Shown piece by piece: positions 9,580-19,460 of a DNA stretch of 64,000 bases. Every line of letters begins with the position of its first letter. Position 1 is the first letter of the stretch. The notes beneath the pieces were generated by a model. It worked only from the letters and a program-made list of their open reading frames with translations. It did not search any database and was not told where the DNA came from. Source of the stretch: Candidatus Hermodarchaeota archaeon (GTDB lineage Archaea > Asgardarchaeota > Hermodarchaeia > Hermodarchaeales > Hermodarchaeaceae); NCBI GenBank assembly GCA_016839805.1, contig JAEOTO010000036.1, forward strand, positions 1-64,000. The letters run 5' to 3'. The translations under genes were made by a program, and so were the position numbers.

Positions 9580-10893
9580 ATGACAGAGAAATTCGATATT
9601 ATTGTTGTTGGTGCTGGTATCCTCGGAGTCGCTAGTGCTTATTATTTGCAAAAAAATAATCCTGATAAAACCGTCCTGTTAGTGGATAGTCAACCAGATG
9701 CCGGACAAGCGAATACGGCTATGAGTGCTGCGGCTATTCGCAACATGTTTTCGTCGTCAACGAATCAGTTACTCACCGATACCAGTATCGACTTCTTCCG
9801 ACACATTCATGACGACTTGAAGTTTGATCTAACCTTACACCTCTGTGGGTATCTCTGGTTACTGAGCGAACAGCAATTCAAGGAGCCTTCGGTACAGACA
9901 TGGATGCAACGTATGGAAGCTAACGATATTGCGTATCGGGTCATTGAGCAGAAGGAACTCCAACAGTTAATACCTGGTTTGGTGTGTGAGTTTTCCGCTG
10001 AAGATGAAGAAGCCGCTCTTATGCATCTTAATAATGTTGATTACGCGTTATTTGGTGCAGAATGTGGTGTATTAGATCCTAGCCTGTTAGTTCAATTTTA
10101 CAAATCAGAATTCCTCAAACTCTCCAAAGTGAAACCTCGGTTTAATTTACGGGTCGACTCACTGCTCCTCGAGGCTCAGCCTTCTTTGGGTCTACCCGGA
10201 GAACCCCTGGTCTGGCAACAGAAACAAGTAACTGGAATTCGAACCTCGCAAGGAAATATTCATGCAGACAAAGTGGTTGTAGCTGTTGGACCTTGGACTA
10301 ACACACTACTGGATCCTGTGGGGATTCCAAGTTATGTGAAAGCTAAGAAACGGCAGCTCTTCATGGTGGCAGCCAGCGATCATCCTCCCCTTGAGGAACT
10401 CTTGTTTACGAAGGGCTTCAGCGACACAGGCTTCATCCCCTTCACCATTCTCCCCTCTGGCGGCGTCTATGTGCGGGGGGTTCCAGAGGAAAAATCATTC
10501 TGGATTGGCTGTGCAGACAAAGTTGGACGAGCCTACAAATACACGATGGATGAGGAAGATTACAGCGGTGAAAGAGCCTACTATGAAAACAGCGTCTATC
10601 CTGTTTTAAGCAAATACTTTCCAGCTTTTGCGAATATCCGACCGGGTAATATGTGGGCGGGTGATTATGCCTACGCGGTGGATGCTATTCCCTTGATCTA
10701 TGAACATTCGGGAGTATTAGTCGTGACTGGGGCGAGTGGGTCGGGTATCATGAAAGCTGACGCTATTGCTCGTATTGCAGATGCTCTGTATCGGGGTGAA
10801 CCTAAAGCAACCTTGTATGGTGGTCGAACAATACCAGCGGATTCATTAGGACTGACGAATCGAAAGGTCGAGGTTGAAAGCGTTCTCATATAA
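9580..10893 (+). CDS. FAD-dependent oxidoreductase (DAO/sarcosine oxidase beta-like)
   Basis: GAGILG dinucleotide-binding motif, SGSGIMK C-terminal motif. Confidence 0.88.
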   Translation: MTEKFDIIVVGAGILGVASAYYLQKNNPDKTVLLVDSQPDAGQANTAMSAAAIRNMFSSSTNQLLTDTSIDFFRHIHDDLKFDLTLHLCGYLWLLSEQQFKEPSVQTWMQRMEANDIAYRVIEQKELQQLIPGLVCEFSAEDEEAALMHLNNVDYALFGAECGVLDPSLLVQFYKSEFLKLSKVKPRFNLRVDSLLLEAQPSLGLPGEPLVWQQKQVTGIRTSQGNIHADKVVVAVGPWTNTLLDPVGIPSYVKAKKRQLFMVAASDHPPLEELLFTKGFSDTGFIPFTILPSGGVYVRGVPEEKSFWIGCADKVGRAYKYTMDEEDYSGERAYYENSVYPVLSKYFPAFANIRPGNMWAGDYAYAVDAIPLIYEHSGVLVVTGASGSGIMKADAIARIADALYRGEPKATLYGGRTIPADSLGLTNRKVEVESVLI

Positions 10894-10952
10894 TTGTCTG
10901 CTAAATGGAAGATTTTTTTAACTTAATGCATGTCGGTTCCTGTGGTGAGTAG

Positions 10953-11582
10953 TTGAGAGAATTGTTTTTAGTTCGACATGGGGAATCTGAGCATCATGTG
11001 AAAGGGTTCACTGGAGGATGGACAAATACATCACTCACCGATCTTGGTCGAAAACAAGCGAGCCTTACAGGTCACCGGTTACGTACAATGATTTCGGGTA
11101 AATCGGTAGCGTTTTACTCCAGTGACTTGAATCGGGCGGTTGAAACAGCACAAATTATTAGTTCTATTCTGGGTATAACGTCACTTCCTGAGAAGGGGTT
11201 ACGCGAGCTCAATTGGGGGATTGCTGTGGATATGCCACTCGAAAAGGCTAAAAAACTTGAGTTAGAAAAAACCGAACCATTAATTGATTGGGTACCGTTT
11301 CCAGCGGCTGAAAGTCGGCGAATGTTGTACCACCGTATTAGTGCTATACTCGCTGAAATTAATGCAAACGAGGAGGGTACAGTTCTAATAGTGAGTCATG
11401 GGAATGCAATGGAAGAGTCGATTTTTTGGTGGCTCGATTTCCCCATTAGTTTGCGATCATCAATTTCCTTCGATATTGACCCATGTAGTATTACTCGTTT
11501 GCGTGTTAATGAATGGGGTGAACGAACTGTCGCCCTCTTGAACAGTTCTGATCATCTCCTCAATCTCTCATCAGACATCTAA
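10953..11582 (+). CDS. Histidine phosphatase (phosphoglycerate mutase family)
   Basis: RHGES, SSDLxRA, LRE and VSHG motifs. Confidence 0.92.
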   Translation: MRELFLVRHGESEHHVKGFTGGWTNTSLTDLGRKQASLTGHRLRTMISGKSVAFYSSDLNRAVETAQIISSILGITSLPEKGLRELNWGIAVDMPLEKAKKLELEKTEPLIDWVPFPAAESRRMLYHRISAILAEINANEEGTVLIVSHGNAMEESIFWWLDFPISLRSSISFDIDPCSITRLRVNEWGERTVALLNSSDHLLNLSSDI

Positions 11583-11694
11583 TACTAGTTTTTTCCTTCT
11601 TTCCTCCAAATACGTTCTTTCCTTGTGCGTTACCGCAATCTTTTTAGGAATCACCTTGGTTTTGACCTTCTATCCTCATTGAGGGTGACAGATT

Positions 11695-13614
11695 GTGCGT
11701 CGCCGAATCATAGGTATCTCGCTACTTATCATGTTAACTGCTTTAACACTCCTGCCACCGCTATTTGGGTTTCAACCCATAACGCCTGCAGTAGTTAACG
11801 CGAATCCAGTTACACCTGGACCCAACGACCTAAACGCTACAACCCCGCTCGTCGCTTATGATGAATACACACCAGCAACTCCCGATGGCAACTCGTCATT
11901 ACTTGATGTATTAGTCACTCTGGTAAATGCATCAGACATTGGCGAGTGCAAAACAGGTCAACTCAGAAATCATACCTTCGGCGTCTACTTCACAGATAAC
12001 GATTCCTTAGTGTTCGAGGATGATCTCGAATACATTACTGATACTGGATGGGCCGCCTACAACTACAGTCTGTTACAATGGAATCTGAATGAGTCGACTT
12101 ACAAGGTAAGATGTTTCTTCGAACGGGATACAGGGATAGAAATCTGGAATACGACAACCGAGTTCTCGAGTTCGTTCACTTATAAACATCGCATCACAAT
12201 CGGTCAACCTGATTTCACATATATCGGAGATACCTCAGACACGATTGATGTTTGGACTGTACATATTTCCAGCACAATCTGGGGAACTCTCACATCTGTA
12301 AGCAACACAACCCTTGCCTTTGAGCAAGTCGCAAATACTTCAAATGTCGAAAACTTCTATGATGTCTTAACATACAATGTAACCTCAACCCTTTGGGAAG
12401 TTCATGAACTCAATGTCTCCGTTTTAATTCCCAATGAAGCCTACAAAATTATCATATTTGCTAACTATTCACTGAAACCTCCTGATCACCGAGGTCTGAG
12501 CACCAAATCGGATGCGTTTACTTTTCGGGGACCCTACCTGCGTGTTGCCACTCCTCTTCTATTCTATATTGGACGAGAAATCCAACTCCTAAACCTCACC
12601 GTTTCTTGGGCCTGGCATTCAATTTTTGGTAACTTGACTGGGTCGGATGTGTCCATAGCAAATTATAGCATCTTCTTAGCCAGTGGAAGCGGTGCACTTG
12701 TGAATGGCACAATGAGTTACAATAGCACAGGAGGTTTTTGGTACTTCCACGATTTGAATATCAGTGACTATATTGAACAAGGAATTCTCATAATTGGTGA
12801 AGCATTCAATGTCTCTGCTTTCTTTCACGCGCCAGGTCAGGGCGGGCGGACAGAAGTTAATGCTTCAAGTCCCTTCTCACTTACCTTTCTCATCGATCGA
12901 GATGCCCCAAGCATCCTGCAATCTGGCATAACACCTGATGATCCAACATTTCAAGACTTTGTAATAGTCACTAGTGAGGTAGAAGACGATGCTCTCATTC
13001 ATACTGTTATTTGCAGTTACTTCAATGGATCACAGTGGGTAAACATCACTATGCGGGGGACACAAAGCAAAAATGCAAATTATTCCGTGACTCTTTCGCC
13101 GTTTCCAGAACTGTTTGAAGTGCAATATCGCATCTTTGCAAATGACACTCAGAATGCCTGGGGAAACTCCACCATCAATTACTATACTGTGATAAATACC
13201 CCGCCATTAATCGCTTACATTTCGTATTTACCCTCTACTCCCACCGATACTGATTCGGTTACAATTAACGCAACGATAACCGATGGTACCGCAGTGAAAA
13301 CGGTTCAGTTGTTCTATTCGTGGGATGGTCTCAGTTATGCTGCCGTTGATATGGTGAATATTGGTGGTGATTTGTATCAGGCTGTTATACCATCTTATCC
13401 TGCTCTAATGCCTAACTTTCAATTTGAATCGGTATACTTCCGTATTCGCGCGACCGATACCTTTGATAGCGTCCATGAATCAGCGACCTTCGCTTATCTT
13501 GTCCAAGGCACCATGATTGCAGTAGATCCGACAACAGCGTTACTACTCATAAGTGTGGCTGCCTTAGCCATCGTCATCATAATTGTCCTTTACAAGATCT
13601 ACGAGCAATATTAG
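11695..13614 (+). CDS. Secreted, C-terminally anchored beta-rich surface glycoprotein (Ig/Fn3-like repeats)
   Basis: Signal peptide, many N-x-S/T sequons, two repeated D/TxPxI..P..PT..D.V.I.....D modules, C-terminal TM. Confidence 0.75.
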   Translation: MRRRIIGISLLIMLTALTLLPPLFGFQPITPAVVNANPVTPGPNDLNATTPLVAYDEYTPATPDGNSSLLDVLVTLVNASDIGECKTGQLRNHTFGVYFTDNDSLVFEDDLEYITDTGWAAYNYSLLQWNLNESTYKVRCFFERDTGIEIWNTTTEFSSSFTYKHRITIGQPDFTYIGDTSDTIDVWTVHISSTIWGTLTSVSNTTLAFEQVANTSNVENFYDVLTYNVTSTLWEVHELNVSVLIPNEAYKIIIFANYSLKPPDHRGLSTKSDAFTFRGPYLRVATPLLFYIGREIQLLNLTVSWAWHSIFGNLTGSDVSIANYSIFLASGSGALVNGTMSYNSTGGFWYFHDLNISDYIEQGILIIGEAFNVSAFFHAPGQGGRTEVNASSPFSLTFLIDRDAPSILQSGITPDDPTFQDFVIVTSEVEDDALIHTVICSYFNGSQWVNITMRGTQSKNANYSVTLSPFPELFEVQYRIFANDTQNAWGNSTINYYTVINTPPLIAYISYLPSTPTDTDSVTINATITDGTAVKTVQLFYSWDGLSYAAVDMVNIGGDLYQAVIPSYPALMPNFQFESVYFRIRATDTFDSVHESATFAYLVQGTMIAVDPTTALLLISVAALAIVIIIVLYKIYEQY

Positions 13615-13616
13615 TC

Positions 13617-13662
13617 ATGACAACATCTTTGTTTGATGTTGTCATCTGCTCTTTCTTTACTT
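13617..13662 (+). terminator. Hairpin + pyrimidine tract terminator
   Basis: Perfect 11-bp stem ATGACAACATC-N7-GATGTTGTCAT right after the stop, followed by CT-rich sequence. Confidence 0.6.
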
Positions 13663-13829
13663 TCAGAGTAGAATTGCAATTTACCTTTACGCAATACATC
13701 CATAGCAGCGCCTTCATCGCACAAAACCTTTTTAATAAATCATCACGAACGTTTTTTTAAGGCAGAGACGGTGTGAAAGCAGGGGAATTCATACTCTGTG
13801 GAACGCATCTCTGCGTAAGGTGAAAGCTT

Positions 13830-14150
13830 GTGATTGTACTCGAATACCAAGACGGAACATTCATCGAGGCCAAACAAGGCTCCGGCGGAATCCGTTGTGA
13901 AGTCGATAAAACCTCGAAGAAAATCAAAATGATCCTGCCACAGGGAACTAACCTCATTGAACGCCGAACCGCTTTACGATTGGCTGACACCATTGCGCGG
14001 AGTGGATATCTCCTTTCAACCGGCGAACGCGTCGGACAAGGATACGAACTCGTTTTTGACGAGAAAGGCACAGCTATTCCAGAACGACTTAAACAAAGTC
14101 CACGGATCAGCTATAGTACAGCTTCCATTGGCGACGTTGTTGACAAGTAG
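13830..14150 (+). CDS. Single-domain gelsolin/cofilin-fold protein (Asgard ProGel-like actin regulator)
   Basis: AAGGTGA RBS before GTG. Sequence VLEYQDGTFIE...LIERRTALRLADTIARSGYLLSTGERVGQGYEL...IPERLKQSPR matches my recollection of Thorarchaeota ProGel, including a WH2-like C-terminal tail. Confidence 0.65.
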   Translation: MIVLEYQDGTFIEAKQGSGGIRCEVDKTSKKIKMILPQGTNLIERRTALRLADTIARSGYLLSTGERVGQGYELVFDEKGTAIPERLKQSPRISYSTASIGDVVDK

Positions 14151-14237
14151 TTATCCCTCTGTGAAATGGTCTAAGAGTAATAATTGCCCTATCAGATGAC
14201 GAATGGCACGAATGCCCAACCGATTGAGGTGATAGGT

Positions 14238-14414
14238 ATGAGTGAAGAAGAAAACAAGACAGAGTCTCTGACAGATGAATTAAAACGAGAAATAAAAAAA
14301 GGCGCGAAACTCGACCACGCTCCAGAGACTAAACGTCAAGAAGTGGATCTTTCTGCAGAGAAGGCCCTCCTAGAAAAGCTTAGAGCTGAAGGTAAACTAG
14401 AAGAAGAGGATTAG
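14238..14414 (+). CDS. 58-aa microprotein, actobindin/beta-thymosin (WH2)-like
   Basis: GAGGTGA RBS then ATG 14238: MSEEENKTESLTDELKREIKKGAKLDHAPETKRQEVDLSAEKALLEKLRAEGKLEEED. A T-tract follows at ~14444-14451. Confidence 0.65.
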   Translation: MSEEENKTESLTDELKREIKKGAKLDHAPETKRQEVDLSAEKALLEKLRAEGKLEEED

Positions 14415-14484
14415 ACTCCAACTCTGAAAGTCTTCCGTTCCTCTTTTTTTTAATATCATCTAACTTAGACGTTTGACCGATCCA

Positions 14485-15360
14485 CTACTTCCTCTTTTTT
14501 GAACGAGTCACAATTGGAATCGCACCAAATTTTGGGATCCGGTGTTCAATCTCTTGTCGAAGTTTTTGGTAGACTGGGCCTGTTCGAAGTACCCATTCAG
14601 AGAAATGTTCAGCCATCGCCTTTGGGCTCCATCGATCTTCTCCTTTCTTAGGATTCCAAGAAATGGAAATAGATTTACCCTTCTGTTCTAGAATACCACT
14701 CGTTTGACACAATTGACATTCAATTAAATTATCCTGCCGAAGTTGGAAGAAAGGGGTTCCACATTGAGGACAGGTGTGGGGAGGAGATGGAATAGTTACG
14801 TCAAGACTTGGTTCTTTGATCTGGGCTACAAGGTTCTTTCCAATAAGTTCGGTTCGCTTCATTGTTTCTTCATCAAGAAGGACTTCACCAGGACCCGGAC
14901 GATACGCAATGAACCGGTCTAATAAATTCAATTGTAGGATTCCAGCTAACATCGAAAGCATCGGAAGGGTGAATGGGTCCCATTCGCGTAGCCCTGCTGT
15001 CGCGATAATTGCGCCTGGGCGCTGTTTCAAGGTTCCAAGTTGCAGGCTGAATTCGAAGAGTCGGTCAATGAGGAGCTTAATTATCCCAGCGGGACCTAAG
15101 AAGTAAGTAGGTGCTGAGAGAATCATTCCGTCTGCCCATTGCAGATGCTCCCATAATTGATGCATGTCATCATCTAGGCGACAGGGCTCTCCCTTCAAAA
15201 CACAGGCAAGACATCCCTTACATGGGAGAAGGTGAAAATCTGGTAATCGAATTGCCCGAATTTCTGCACCTTGTTCTTGTGCACTAAACAGCGAATTTTT
15301 CACTAATACTTCACAATTGCCACGTTTACGTGCAGAACCTATCACACCCAAGACTTTCAA
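14485..15360 (-). CDS. Iron-sulfur flavoprotein/flavodoxin-family protein with C-terminal zinc ribbon
   Basis: GSARKRGN, CKGCLAC...C, SAPTYF motifs; CPQC...CQLC. Confidence 0.88.
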   Translation of the reverse strand: MKVLGVIGSARKRGNCEVLVKNSLFSAQEQGAEIRAIRLPDFHLLPCKGCLACVLKGEPCRLDDDMHQLWEHLQWADGMILSAPTYFLGPAGIIKLLIDRLFEFSLQLGTLKQRPGAIIATAGLREWDPFTLPMLSMLAGILQLNLLDRFIAYRPGPGEVLLDEETMKRTELIGKNLVAQIKEPSLDVTIPSPPHTCPQCGTPFFQLRQDNLIECQLCQTSGILEQKGKSISISWNPKKGEDRWSPKAMAEHFSEWVLRTGPVYQKLRQEIEHRIPKFGAIPIVTRSKKRK

Positions 15361-15449
15361 CCAAAATCACCTGCAAGTACAGCTTCATGACACCTTAAGA
15401 GTATCTAGCTTCGGTGAAAAGAGCGTCAGAAATCTCCGTCGTGAAAAAG

Positions 15450-15785
15450 TTAGTATGTTATCTTAAAATTCCGAAGATTTGGATCAAAAGGGACATCTAA
15501 CACAACCACATCATCAACTCGTGATGAAGGAGAACCTTCAAACAAGAACTCGACAAATTCATTGATAACCTGCTCTGGTCCCTGTACTTTACATTCCACG
15601 GTACCATCCCGTTTGTTACGGACCCACCCAACAATGTTGAGTTGGTGAGCTTTGTCCCGCGTAAATGCTCGGAAGAAAACGCCTTGCACTCGACCATGGA
15701 CTATAGCTCGGATTGCACGCAAAGGAAAAACCTTTGATAATATATGCGGGAGACCTTCCCTAAGAAGCTTATCGGAATCTTCCAC
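15450..15785 (-). CDS. acyP: Acylphosphatase
   Basis: VHGRVQGVFFR and GWVRNKRDGTVE motifs; start codon uncertain. Confidence 0.92.
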   Translation of the reverse strand: MEDSDKLLREGLPHILSKVFPLRAIRAIVHGRVQGVFFRAFTRDKAHQLNIVGWVRNKRDGTVECKVQGPEQVINEFVEFLFEGSPSSRVDDVVVLDVPFDPNLRNFKITY

Positions 15786-15921
15786 AAGATCAATAAGCGG
15801 AAGTCGAATTTGTTTTATGATATGGTGAGGAGTGTGAAAAACGCGTTCATAAAATCCATGAGGGTCGTATTCGGAAACCTTAAATCATGCCAACCAACCA
15901 GCCCAGTTCGAGGACCTGAAA

Positions 15922-16227
15922 ATGTCCCATACTGATCCCGAAAAACTTTCTACTAAACAACTAAGTTCTCGAAATTATCCTGGGAAAATTACCCGGAGTG
16001 ATCTAAAAACATGGGTTAAGGTGTGTCCTGCGTGTTTTAGCATCAATATTCAACCTCTAACTAGCATTTCAGGCACTATTGTTCATGAGCAATGGATTTG
16101 CCCTGACTGTAATTACGTAGGAGTTGCTATTGAAGTCAACAAAGAGGATCTCATTCGATTTCATCATCAGCAAATCTCAAAACGCTATGATATGAATAGA
16201 AAAAATTCTGTTAAAAATAAATCTTAG
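15922..16227 (+). CDS. Small zinc-ribbon protein
   Basis: CPAC...CPDCNYVG. Confidence 0.7.
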   Translation: MSHTDPEKLSTKQLSSRNYPGKITRSDLKTWVKVCPACFSINIQPLTSISGTIVHEQWICPDCNYVGVAIEVNKEDLIRFHHQQISKRYDMNRKNSVKNKS

Positions 16228-16234
16228 AAACGAT

Positions 16235-17137
16235 TTAGGCTGGTGGGAAAGCGACTTCCGCTGCAGCCCCCATCAACGTTTTATATAAAAGATCTTTGTT
16301 TCGTGGATCGATTGCTACCAATCCAATTGTCCGAATTCCTAATAAACGAGCCACAGTGTCGGGAAGCAATGCGTCCTTGAGATCTTGTTTATTTGCTATT
16401 GCCCAAACTAATGCTCCATCAGTCCATTTCTGAATAATTGGAATTAGCTTGCGTGTCGACATGACGTTCTTCAAGGTTGAATCCGTGACCATGATGACTA
16501 CATCTGTTCCACGTAAGTAATCTTTCCACTTGGGCACTAGCAATTCCTGACCTGGGAAATCCCACACAGCTAATTCATAGGGACCAAGTTTAGCAGTTTC
16601 CATTTCCTCAACGTAAACAGCCATGGTTGCGATGTGATTGAGGTCTGCTCGTTGGCTCATGAGCATTTTGAGGATTGTGGTTTTCCCTACTCCACCTTCG
16701 CCGAGGAGGACGACTTTGAGGGTGGAGACAATAGCTTGGTCGAGAATGGGTCCAAGTTCTTGGAATACTGCGGAGTTTCGGTTGCTTTTGAAATCCCACA
16801 TTTGTTTGGCATATTTTTGTTTCATGGTCCGTACTGCAGTTTCGATTTTTTCTTGTAGGATTTCATCTTTATCTTGACGATCGGCAATAAGCACCAGGAT
16901 TAGTTCGCTATCGACGTATTTGTGGATGAATTTCATGTTGTCTAGAAAAATCGGGACCAGGACATCTTCTCCAGTGTCGCGTTCCAGTTGGCGGAGGGAT
17001 TGGATGTACTCGGCAACTATTGGTTGGTCTACTTCGATTGCCCAGTAAGAGCGATGGAAGAGTTTAATGCCGTTCCTTGTTAGTAATAGGACGTTGTGGA
17101 TCAACCCGAATTGCCTCCCAGCTGGTTTACCCCGCAT
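16235..17137 (-). CDS. Longin-like domain fused to an Arf-like small GTPase
   Basis: N-terminal IHNVLLLTRNGIKLFHRSY longin-type start; G1 GEGGVGKT, G3 WDFPGQ, G4 NKQD. Confidence 0.85.
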   Translation of the reverse strand: MRGKPAGRQFGLIHNVLLLTRNGIKLFHRSYWAIEVDQPIVAEYIQSLRQLERDTGEDVLVPIFLDNMKFIHKYVDSELILVLIADRQDKDEILQEKIETAVRTMKQKYAKQMWDFKSNRNSAVFQELGPILDQAIVSTLKVVLLGEGGVGKTTILKMLMSQRADLNHIATMAVYVEEMETAKLGPYELAVWDFPGQELLVPKWKDYLRGTDVVIMVTDSTLKNVMSTRKLIPIIQKWTDGALVWAIANKQDLKDALLPDTVARLLGIRTIGLVAIDPRNKDLLYKTLMGAAAEVAFPPA

Positions 17138-17269
17138 TTATATGTGTTTGATATGGGTTTGGGGGTTATAAAATGATTCCGCGAGGGGGATAACACCAAC
17201 ACGCGCATTAAACATTCCTAATAAGCAAATAAAAACGCATTTTCGTCGTCTAAAGCACCCTATTCCTGC

Positions 17270-18742
17270 TTATTTGGGACCTTGAGGAAGTGAAGGGATT
17301 TTATGTCGTTTCATAATGGCTTTAACAATTCCATCTAAATCTTGTTGTTGTGCTTTTGTTAACGATGAAACGTCATGAGTGGCTAATATTTCGTTGACGC
17401 GTTTTTGTGCCCTTTTATAACTTGTTGGGCTATTTTGGTTAAACCAGTTTTCATAAGGTTGGCGGTCAACCAGTGGTCCTGGCATGAAGTGTTCCTTGCG
17501 GAACCAGTTTAGTGTATGACGAAGTCGTAAAAAATCGCCACCTTGTGTTCCAACTTTTCGCAGTTCCTCAAGGGCTAGGGTTTCCTCAGTAACCGTAACG
17601 CCTCCAATAAGGCGTTTGACCATCCCTGCAAGAACATCATCGATGACAAGTTTTTCAAAACTTTGTGTACTTTCGAAAATTAACATCCCCGCTCCGGCAA
17701 TGTTATTGATGCCAGTTAGTGCACCAAGGATTAGCCCCATAGCAGCTTCATACCCGGATTGTGAATCTGCACCTTGCTTGGCGTCTGATAAACCAAGATA
17801 GCCGTGTGTCGGTAACCTATAGTATTTCGCCATTTGAGCATATGCACAAGTGAGCATAATACTTTCAATCGCACCTAATCGGGCAGTGCCATATTGCATG
17901 TCGACAGCAGTTGGGGATCCACCATAAATCACAGGAGCGCCCTTCGCTGCAAGTTGAGTGAGGACAACACCGCTTAACGACTCTGCATTGTGTAAGACTA
18001 GCGAGCCAGCGATTGTGATAGGTCCTGTTGCCCCTAGTTGGGGCATTGAAATTAATTCGATGGGTATTCCGGCTTCAGCTCCTAGTAGAAGATCATGAAC
18101 GGTTAATTCACTCCATTGTAGCGGTGCTGAGGGGCAAGTGTCGAAAATTGCTAATGGTTTTTCGCGGAGCTTTTTGGATCCTCCGACCACCGCCTCTAAC
18201 ATTTTTTGCATGTCTTCAAAGGCGTCTAGTGAAAAGGTGCCTGTTACAATAGGTTTGGTTGAGTTTTGAAGAATAAGGTATAATCGGTATCGATCAGCAA
18301 GAACTGCAGGGATATCAGCAGGAATTAATGCAGTGCTTTGTGCATCGATATAGGTGAGAGCATCTGTAACCCGAGCAAATTCAATCACGTCATTGACCTG
18401 TGGGTGCCGACGGTCACTTGTTTTTCGGTCGAGTAGATGTGTTGCTGCAGATCCTGGATTTAAATGTACATTGTTCTTTTCGAGTTTCAGAGCGGGATCA
18501 CCGTCACGAGAATAAAGAGTGATAGAAGAGGGTGCATGTTTCACCTGTTCCTCTACGAGTGAGCGTGGAAAGAACGCATGTTCTGTCTCATGATTCACTG
18601 TTGCACCAGCATTTTCAAGGAGGGTGAGAGCCTTTTGGCTTTGAATTTTCATTCCCACTTCTTCAAGCAGAATCAAACTATTTTCGTGGATCTGATGTAC
18701 GGCTTCTTCAGCGAGTAGGTTTAACCTTGGGCGATGTGTCAT
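17270..18742 (-). CDS. mttB: MttB-superfamily corrinoid methyltransferase, non-pyrrolysine type
   Basis: IHENSLILLEEVG, GATGPITIAGSL, GLSDAK, GAGML motifs. No in-frame amber codon; Leu at the Pyl-equivalent position before SDAK. Confidence 0.9.
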   Translation of the reverse strand: MTHRPRLNLLAEEAVHQIHENSLILLEEVGMKIQSQKALTLLENAGATVNHETEHAFFPRSLVEEQVKHAPSSITLYSRDGDPALKLEKNNVHLNPGSAATHLLDRKTSDRRHPQVNDVIEFARVTDALTYIDAQSTALIPADIPAVLADRYRLYLILQNSTKPIVTGTFSLDAFEDMQKMLEAVVGGSKKLREKPLAIFDTCPSAPLQWSELTVHDLLLGAEAGIPIELISMPQLGATGPITIAGSLVLHNAESLSGVVLTQLAAKGAPVIYGGSPTAVDMQYGTARLGAIESIMLTCAYAQMAKYYRLPTHGYLGLSDAKQGADSQSGYEAAMGLILGALTGINNIAGAGMLIFESTQSFEKLVIDDVLAGMVKRLIGGVTVTEETLALEELRKVGTQGGDFLRLRHTLNWFRKEHFMPGPLVDRQPYENWFNQNSPTSYKRAQKRVNEILATHDVSSLTKAQQQDLDGIVKAIMKRHKIPSLPQGPK

Positions 18743-18764
18743 GATAGTGTCCTCCTTCTGAGTT

Positions 18765-19451
18765 TCAGGTTGTTTTATCAGTATGACCGGTCAACCGTTT
18801 GGCGATTTTTACCGCATGGTTGAAATCTACACCATACCCGTCGGCTCCGATGCTGTCAGCGAATTGCTGGCTTACCGGGGCACCACCCACCATCACTTTT
18901 ACTTGTTGGTCCAGCTGTTCTTTCTTAAGTAAGTCAACAGTTTCTTGCATCCGTGCCATCGTAGTTGTTAGTAAAGCCGACATTGCAATGATATCCGCTT
19001 TTTCTTCTTTAGCTTTCGCAACAAAATTCATTGGGGTGACGTCAATACCCAAATCATAGACCGTAAAACCAGCTACTGTGAGCATGGTCGCGACAATGGA
19101 TTTACCAATATCATGAATGTCTCCTTGGACAGTACCAATTACTATCGTCCCTAAGGCTTCTTCATCGACGGTTTTGGCAAGATGGGGCTCCAGGAATTCA
19201 AGAGCTTGTTTCATTGTTTCTGCGGCTACTGCGAGTTCAGGGAGAAAGGCTTCACCTTTCTCAAATCGGGTTCCGAGCACGCGGATACCCGCAGTTAATC
19301 CCTGGTTTACAATAGTAGCAGCATCAATTCCCTGATTAATCGCTTTTTGGACTAATTCGAGGACATGCTCTGTTTGACAGTCAATCATCTCATCACGGAT
19401 TGTTTGCACTAAATCATAACTCAAGTTTCTCACCATTTGTATTCCAATCAT
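18765..19451 (-). CDS. Cognate corrinoid (B12-binding) protein
   Basis: GDIHDIGK, SALLTTT, VMVGGAP motifs. Confidence 0.95.
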   Translation of the reverse strand: MIGIQMVRNLSYDLVQTIRDEMIDCQTEHVLELVQKAINQGIDAATIVNQGLTAGIRVLGTRFEKGEAFLPELAVAAETMKQALEFLEPHLAKTVDEEALGTIVIGTVQGDIHDIGKSIVATMLTVAGFTVYDLGIDVTPMNFVAKAKEEKADIIAMSALLTTTMARMQETVDLLKKEQLDQQVKVMVGGAPVSQQFADSIGADGYGVDFNHAVKIAKRLTGHTDKTT

Positions 19452-19460
19452 TCGGCATGG

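Noticed and set aside
14184-14237. Longer TTG start for the WH2-like ORF
   Set aside because: The GAGGTGA RBS positions ATG 14238 as the start.
17270-18742. Possible pyrrolysine recoding in mttB
   Set aside because: The ORF is continuous with no internal TAG, and Leu occupies the equivalent site.
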